The notes below the pieces were generated by a model. It had not been told where the DNA came from and did not search any database. It worked only from the letters and a program-made list of their open reading frames with translations. Of a stretch of 64,000 nucleotides of DNA, positions 58,176-64,000 are shown piece by piece. Within the stretch, counting starts at the first letter, position 1, and each line of letters starts with the position of its first letter. The DNA is from the human T2T-CHM13v2.0 reference genome, Homo sapiens. The stretch lies in the NCBI RefSeq assembly GCF_009914755.1, contig NC_060935.1; one strand, written 5' to 3'. Made by a program: the position numbers and the translations under genes.

Positions 58176-61100
58176 AACTTGGGATGCAGTAATGAATAGC
58201 TTGGGCTGTGCTCATAGCTCCTGCGTTCCCACCCCATTCAAAACCTACCCCTCACTCTTTCCTGGCAGCCACGCACAGACTCCCAGACCAGAGCTTGGAC
58301 CTGCATAGTGCCTCAGATGAGCACAGCATGTCAGCTACTAGTATAAGCAAAAGCTCAGCCAGGAAGAGGAAAGGAATGGGGCATCAGGTGGGCCAAAATG
58401 CTTGCATCCAATATTGTAACTGGGGGGAAAGTTTCACAGATGACCATTTTAAAATGAATTCAGTCAGTTTGCCATTTGGTTCTCATCCTGCCTATCCAGG
58501 GAGATGAAAGATCAGCCCCCAGTTTTCAAATATTATATTGGACCATGCAATAACAACAAAGTTGAGTAAGACTCTGGGTTTGCCCAACTTCTGGTCCCAG
58601 GCTCCTGTCCCAGCCAGCCCTCCTGCCCAGCCTCTCTATGCTGCTGTGCTCCAGCAAGCATAGCTGTGGCTGTGATGTGCACAAGACACACGTGGAGTGG
58701 TCCCTGAACCCCAGGAAGCAGACCAAGCTTCCCTGGCAAGGGCCTGCTGCTGCTCTTGCCGTGCTGTGGCTAGGCAGCTGGAACAGCAGGCACAGCTGGG
58801 TCTGGCAGTGGGCTCTGGGCATGGTGTTCATCTTCACCTGTCCTTCATCGGCAGGTTCAGGGCACTTTGCATTTGGCCTGGGAGTGCAGCCCGCTGGGTC
58901 CTCCCCAACTGCTTTTAGGGAGCCCTCTTTTTGCTTCTGCTTCACCCTTCCCTTCCTGTAGAAAAGACCAGTCCATTCCTTGGGGGAGGCAGACATGACC
59001 AAGACACCTGCTGTGGGTAGGAAGGAAAGGGGAGGACGGTTGGGCCGTCTCAGCTGTGCCCATGGTGGGCTTGCGTGACTGAGTGAGACCACGGCAGCTG
59101 TGAGTCCTGGATAGGGATGGGTTCTAGATTCAGAGGGGGCTCAGGTGGCTGTGGGTGCCATGCAATATTAAAATTCACCCAAGCCCTCATGCTGTGTGTG
59201 CAAAGGGGCAGGACTTTGGACCCCTCATTCTCTTGGAAGCAATGGAGCTTGTAGGGCTGAGAGGGCAGCAGGCAGCCTGAGACCTCACAGTAATGGGCAT
59301 CGGGCCCTCCAGAGCAGGCTTCTGTCTGGGCTTAAATCTAGGGATAAGGAGAGAAGGCAGCCACGGACAGCACTCCATAGAGGGGAGGCAGCCTTCTGCA
59401 CAGTGCAGTGCTGGAGCAAGAGCACAGAGCCTCATGCGTGCGTGCACACACACTCGCTTCCTCACTCACACCCCCCAGTCAGACAGCCCCAGCCTCCAGG
59501 CTGGCTCCTCCACCTCGCTTTGTGTCTAAGGGGAAATTGCTCAGCCTCTCTGAGCCTCAGATTCTTTCAACAACAACAATAGCTACAAAAATAGGCATTT
59601 AAATAATACTCATTTTACAGGATGGCTGTGATCATCAAATACAAGAGTATATATAAAGTGCTTCCCAGTTAGTGAACAAATATTTACTTAATTCATGTCT
59701 ATTCCGTGCAGGTCTATGCCAAGCACTAGGAAGACCCTAGAGAATGAAGTAAACACTGTGACTGGGGGTGCGGGTGTAGGAGACGGACAATAAACACGTG
59801 AGCATGAGGCAAATGTGCATTCACAAGTGCTGATGACGACCTCTGAAAGATGGTGCTGGGACAGAGCAGTAGGGTGGCAGAGGGGGGGCCGGCTCTGCCC
59901 AGGACCGTCCTTGAGGAAGGGACATTTGGGTCACAACCTGAGGGTGACAAAGGGGACAGCTGTCAAAAGTGGCAGTGCTGTGTCCACTCCAGAGCACCTG
60001 CCATGTGTCACAAGGCTCTTGAGACTCAAAGTAGAGCTTGCGACCTGGTGAGGGAAGACAGACGACAAACCATGAGCAAAAGAAACTGCAATGGGCATTG
60101 AGTAGGGTCCTGGAGTTGGGCAGATGGGAGTTGGGAGGGGCGGAGGAGCATGCTGCCACCTCACAGAGTGGTCAAGGCAGGCATATTGAAGAGCTGGTAT
60201 TTGAGAAAAGATTTGAAGACGGGGAGGAAAGAAGAGAATCATGGTCTCTCTGCTCTGGCTTCTTTGGAGGACACGCAGCTGACAGGAAAGCAGGAATAGC
60301 ATCAAGAAGGTATTGAGAAGGGCGACAGAGCCACTGCAGAACTCCCAGGGAGGCAGAGCCGGGGCTCATCCTGGCAGGGGGGCCATGAGGAGCCAGAAGC
60401 CGCTGGCTGCCCCAGAGAGTTGTAAGCAGATCCAACAGGCTTCGCTGACGAATGTGAGTTGTGAGAAACAGAGAGGTGTGGAGCACCACCGCAGGGGCGT
60501 TGGCCTCAGAAACTGGGAGCCTGGAAGGGAAATTGCAGAGCAGGAGAGGACTGTAATGAGCCGCTGTGTGGCGGAGACCAGGCGTTCAGCTGTGGCCGTG
60601 TGAATTCCGAGATGACTGTCCTGTGAGTTCCCTGTGTGTGGAGTCAGAGGGAGTGGAGTTACAGGGGCTGGAGTTACAATGTGGAGTTACTGGCACATAG
60701 ATGCCTTCTGAAGCCCACAGACTGGAGGAGAAGAGAATAAAGGACAGAGAACCAAGCACACCCCAAAGCTAAGAGATTGAGGAGAAGACCGAGAACCAGC
60801 AGAAGGGGCTGAGTAGGGACCAGAGAAGCAGGAGGGAGAGCCAGGGAGAGTGGCAGTCCAAAGGCCCACTGAGGAAGCACAGCAAGAGAGCGAGACTGAT
60901 GGCATCACCTGCCACCAAGAATAGCAAAACAAGACGAGGACCAAGCATCAACATGCTAATTTCAGAGGGATCCGAGGGTTGCCCAAAGGCCTCTATCTCC
61001 AGAAGTTTCCTATTCAGGGGTAATTCCCTCCCTGCATCCCTGAAATTCCTGCCTAGAATTGCTGATTGGACAGAACTGCAAAGGCCGGGCATGGTTTCCA

Positions 61101-61824
61101 ACACCAACCCGCCTCCACCCTCGGATTCACAAGCGCAAAGGGATGTCACCATGGGTCTAACCAAAGAAAAGTGGAATCAACCCTGGAGGGAAGGGGGTGA
61201 TAACAGGAGTATTGTGGGGGAAAAATGGTCCAGGGAGTAGATACAAGTGACAGCCCTCAACAGTCACACTTTTCAAATAATTTTGAAATTCCCTTCTGAT
61301 TCCTACACATCTCTCATCTGAAGATGCAGGTTGCTGAGGGCAGCTGGGCACAGGCTGGAGGTCCTGCTTTTGTACAGAGACAGCAGCAGCTGCCGTAGGG
61401 GGCCGAGGAGCACACAGGGAAGCCTCATCCACAGGTCCTGAAGCAACTCCCCCATCCCCTGCACTAGTGTTTACGGATAGGAAGGCCTGGGGCTGGGCCA
61501 TGTGGGGAGGAAAGCCCAGGGTCTGGTCTGCCTGCTGCTGATAAGTAATTCCACAAGACAAGCAGAAGGAATCCAGACAGAGATCTAAGAACATCCAGAT
61601 GCCCAGCGCAGCGGGCCCAGTTCCTGAGCCATGACAGGCTTTAATGTGCGCCCCAGCTCTTGGGGACAGAGGCCTGGCTGCCGGCCCTTCTGTTCTCTGG
61701 CGCAGACCCAGGCCCCCTGACCAGGGGAGGGGAATACTGGCTCCCTCTTCTCCACACTCCGAACACATGGCCCAGGCCCAGGACAGTTTTCAGAATTGAA
61801 CATGAGCTGCTTAGTATGTACTTG

Positions 61825-62035
61825 ATCATTTAAATGAGGTGTATGTGCAGGACCCTGTGCCAGGTACTTTAGATACTTCAATAGATTTGATCCTCACAGA
61901 GGAGCAAGCTGAAAAATAATCTCTATGGTGTCACTGAAAGGCAATCAGAACAGACAAATAAGAAAATGAGGCTCAGAACAATGAAGTACTTTTCCCAAGG
62001 CTGCACAGCTAATACACGGCCCTGCTGCATTCCCA
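61825..62035 (-). mobile_element. MIR fragments
   Basis: tgtgccaggtactt...atcctcaca...aaatgaggctcagaa...cccaaggctgcacagcta. Confidence 0.6.
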
Positions 62036-62672
62036 TCCAGTCCCTGCCACAGCGTCCCTGGGCCTGAGAACACAGCCCGCCACCGACACCAGCTTCCCGG
62101 ACATCTGTGGAGAAAGAGAATACTCAAACATTAAATGCAATTTTCCTCCTTCTAAAGCATTTTGCATCAAGAAAGAAAGGGAGGGGGATCTAACAAAGCC
62201 GCAGACCATGTATCAAAAAGCACAGCCCAAACATCTCTGGGTCCTCACTTCCCTGCATTCTCCTTTCTCCAGAAAAACAGTAAATTGCCTACTTCCTTCT
62301 CCTGTGAGTTTGACAGAACAAAGAAGCACAGGACAAAAGCAGGGAAGGATGAAGTGACAACCACAGAACTATGGCTAATCAACTTGCCCCATATCAGAAA
62401 GGCAATGACCAAAGCAAGGTCTTTCCGTGTGCCTGGGAAGAGGAGCTGCCCAGGGGAGGGGCTCTCCTTCCTGACTTGAGACCACTCATCATCCTGCCCG
62501 GCAGATGGGATAGCAGCACCAGGAGGTGGAGAGAGGCAGAGGGAGGAGAGGAAAGAATGGAGTGATGGTGAATGAGGGAGAGAATTGGGGAAGAAGGGGT
62601 AGGTCCAGAAGGCCAGGAGACCAGGCATGTTTACTTTGAAGTTTTCTTCTAGCCCCCAAGTCTATGAGGTCT

Positions 62673-62740
62673 GGTGATTATGGGAGAAAGGGTGATTAGG
62701 GGAGAAAGGGTGATGATTAGGGGAGAAAGGGAGATTAGGG
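62673..62740 (+). repeat. ~18-bp G-rich tandem repeat (x3.5)
   Basis: Unit GGTGATTAGGGGAGAAAG. Confidence 0.85.
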
Positions 62741-63704
62741 ACTCCAGGGCTTTCACTGGGAAAAGCCAAGCATGAAAGAAAAGGAAGCCTCTAGGTCTCT
62801 AGGGTTAGGATAGACAAGGAGCAGCTGAGAGAATGTGGAAAGCAGAAAATGGGGATGTGAATACATGAGAGAGGCTCTGAGATGACTAAAAGAGAAAAGT
62901 CACCAAAGTCACCAAAGATGGAATAGTGAGCGGAATGGAGGTAGGCAGTGAGATGCATCTATAACTCACCTTATTCCTGTCCTCCACCTCCTGGGCCAAG
63001 GCAGGGGCACACGATTCTCCAGCCTGGGACCCCAGCTGCCCCTTTCATAGCCGCAAAATCTCTTTGCAAGCTGTGGTTTGTGGGCCTCTGTAGTGCCTGA
63101 GTTCCCCACTAGCCCGAGCTCTATGAGAAAGTAGGTTTGTCTCACGCCCCAGGTTGGCACTCAGGGGTCACTGGTTGGGTGGATGGACAAATGAATGCAG
63201 GGGGCTCTTTCACCCAACGTGACTGATCCTCCACAGGTCTCTTTCAGGGGTCCCAACCCTACTCCCCGCCAGGCTCTGTGCTGTGTGTGGGGGGCTGCTT
63301 CTCTTCCCTCCTGATTTCCAGCTTTGCCTCCAGATCTGTCTTAGAGATGAGAAGCACAAGGTCGGCAGAGGTGTGGTCTTTGCGTTTGTCTGCTGCCTCC
63401 AATCTGTGCCCCGGCTGGGGGAGGCGGGGAGAGGGATGGGAGGTAGGAGGTGGAGAAGGGGCTCTATGAATACTGGAGGAGTAGAGAATTTTAGCCAGAG
63501 ATTTCTTTTTTATTGCAAGGAATGGGAGAGAAGGTAGTGGGACAGCAATGTCTTTTCCAAGCTGACCCTTGGCTCAACATGAAAAAAAAAAAGGCAGCAG
63601 TGGAAAGTGATGTCAGGATACCAGTAGTGTGTTTGAAAGGCAGGATCCCTGGGTCCAGTACCAACTGGCCCTGCACTCCCAAATCCAAGGCACTTCTACT
63701 GTAG

Positions 63705-64000
63705 TTTTTCAACAAATTTATATTCTGACCTGAGCTATACTAGATAGTACTCAGTGCTAGGATCAGGGCAGAGAGCAACATAGACCCCCTAGGCCCCCGT
63801 CCCAGTGGTGCATATGGCCTGCAGGGAGATGGGGGATTGAGCTTGCGAAAAGCTCTGTGGCAGAAAAGCACAGGAGGCTCTGAGAGCACAGAACAGGCCA
63901 CCTGGCTCCACCTGGGAGGTCAGGGAAAGCATCTCCTATGAAGTGACTTTCAGGAAGAGGCTGAGGAGCAAGGAGGAGGAGCCCAGAGACGATGGAAAGG
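63705..64000 (-). mobile_element. L2 fragment
   Basis: ttcaacaaattta...agtgctagga...gggaggtcagggaaagcatctcc. Confidence 0.55.

Noticed and set aside
56253-62628. Many 100-203 aa overlapping ORFs (e.g. 58526-59092, 61157-61768)
   Set aside because: GC-richer intergenic DNA; overlapping on both strands, no recognisable domain and no consistent exon structure.

Overview
Human genomic DNA (it carries a human-specific AluYa5) covering the 5' end of the long, distal-promoter isoform of ETS1 on the minus strand, plus about 31 kb of upstream intergenic sequence (ETS1-FLI1 interval, 11q24.3, from recall). Three exons were read directly: non-coding exon 1 (~32806-32736), exon 2 (18475-18393, ATG at 18461, MSYFVDSAGSSPVPYSAPRPAVV) and exon 3 (1772-1628, RQGPSNTYEDPRMNCGFQSNYHQQRPCYPFWDEMATQEVPTGLEHCVS). 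None of them appears in the supplied ORF track, whose entries look like noise or repeat translations. The rest is introns and intergenic DNA with Alu, L1, L2, MIR, MaLR LTR, DNA-transposon relics and microsatellites. The most unusual structure is a ~205-bp piece of unique ETS1 intron 1 sequence re-inserted ~1.15 kb away in inverted orientation. It has an A-tail and an exact 18-bp target-site duplication, and it landed in a palindromic site. Other candidates are a frame-preserving 12-nt microexon, a 29-bp x4 minisatellite born inside an AluYd, a perfect 21-bp fold-back hairpin at an LTR end, and a 445-bp purine tract containing (GGAA)7. I see no evidence of a new multi-gene system. Repeat subfamily calls and boundaries are by eye.
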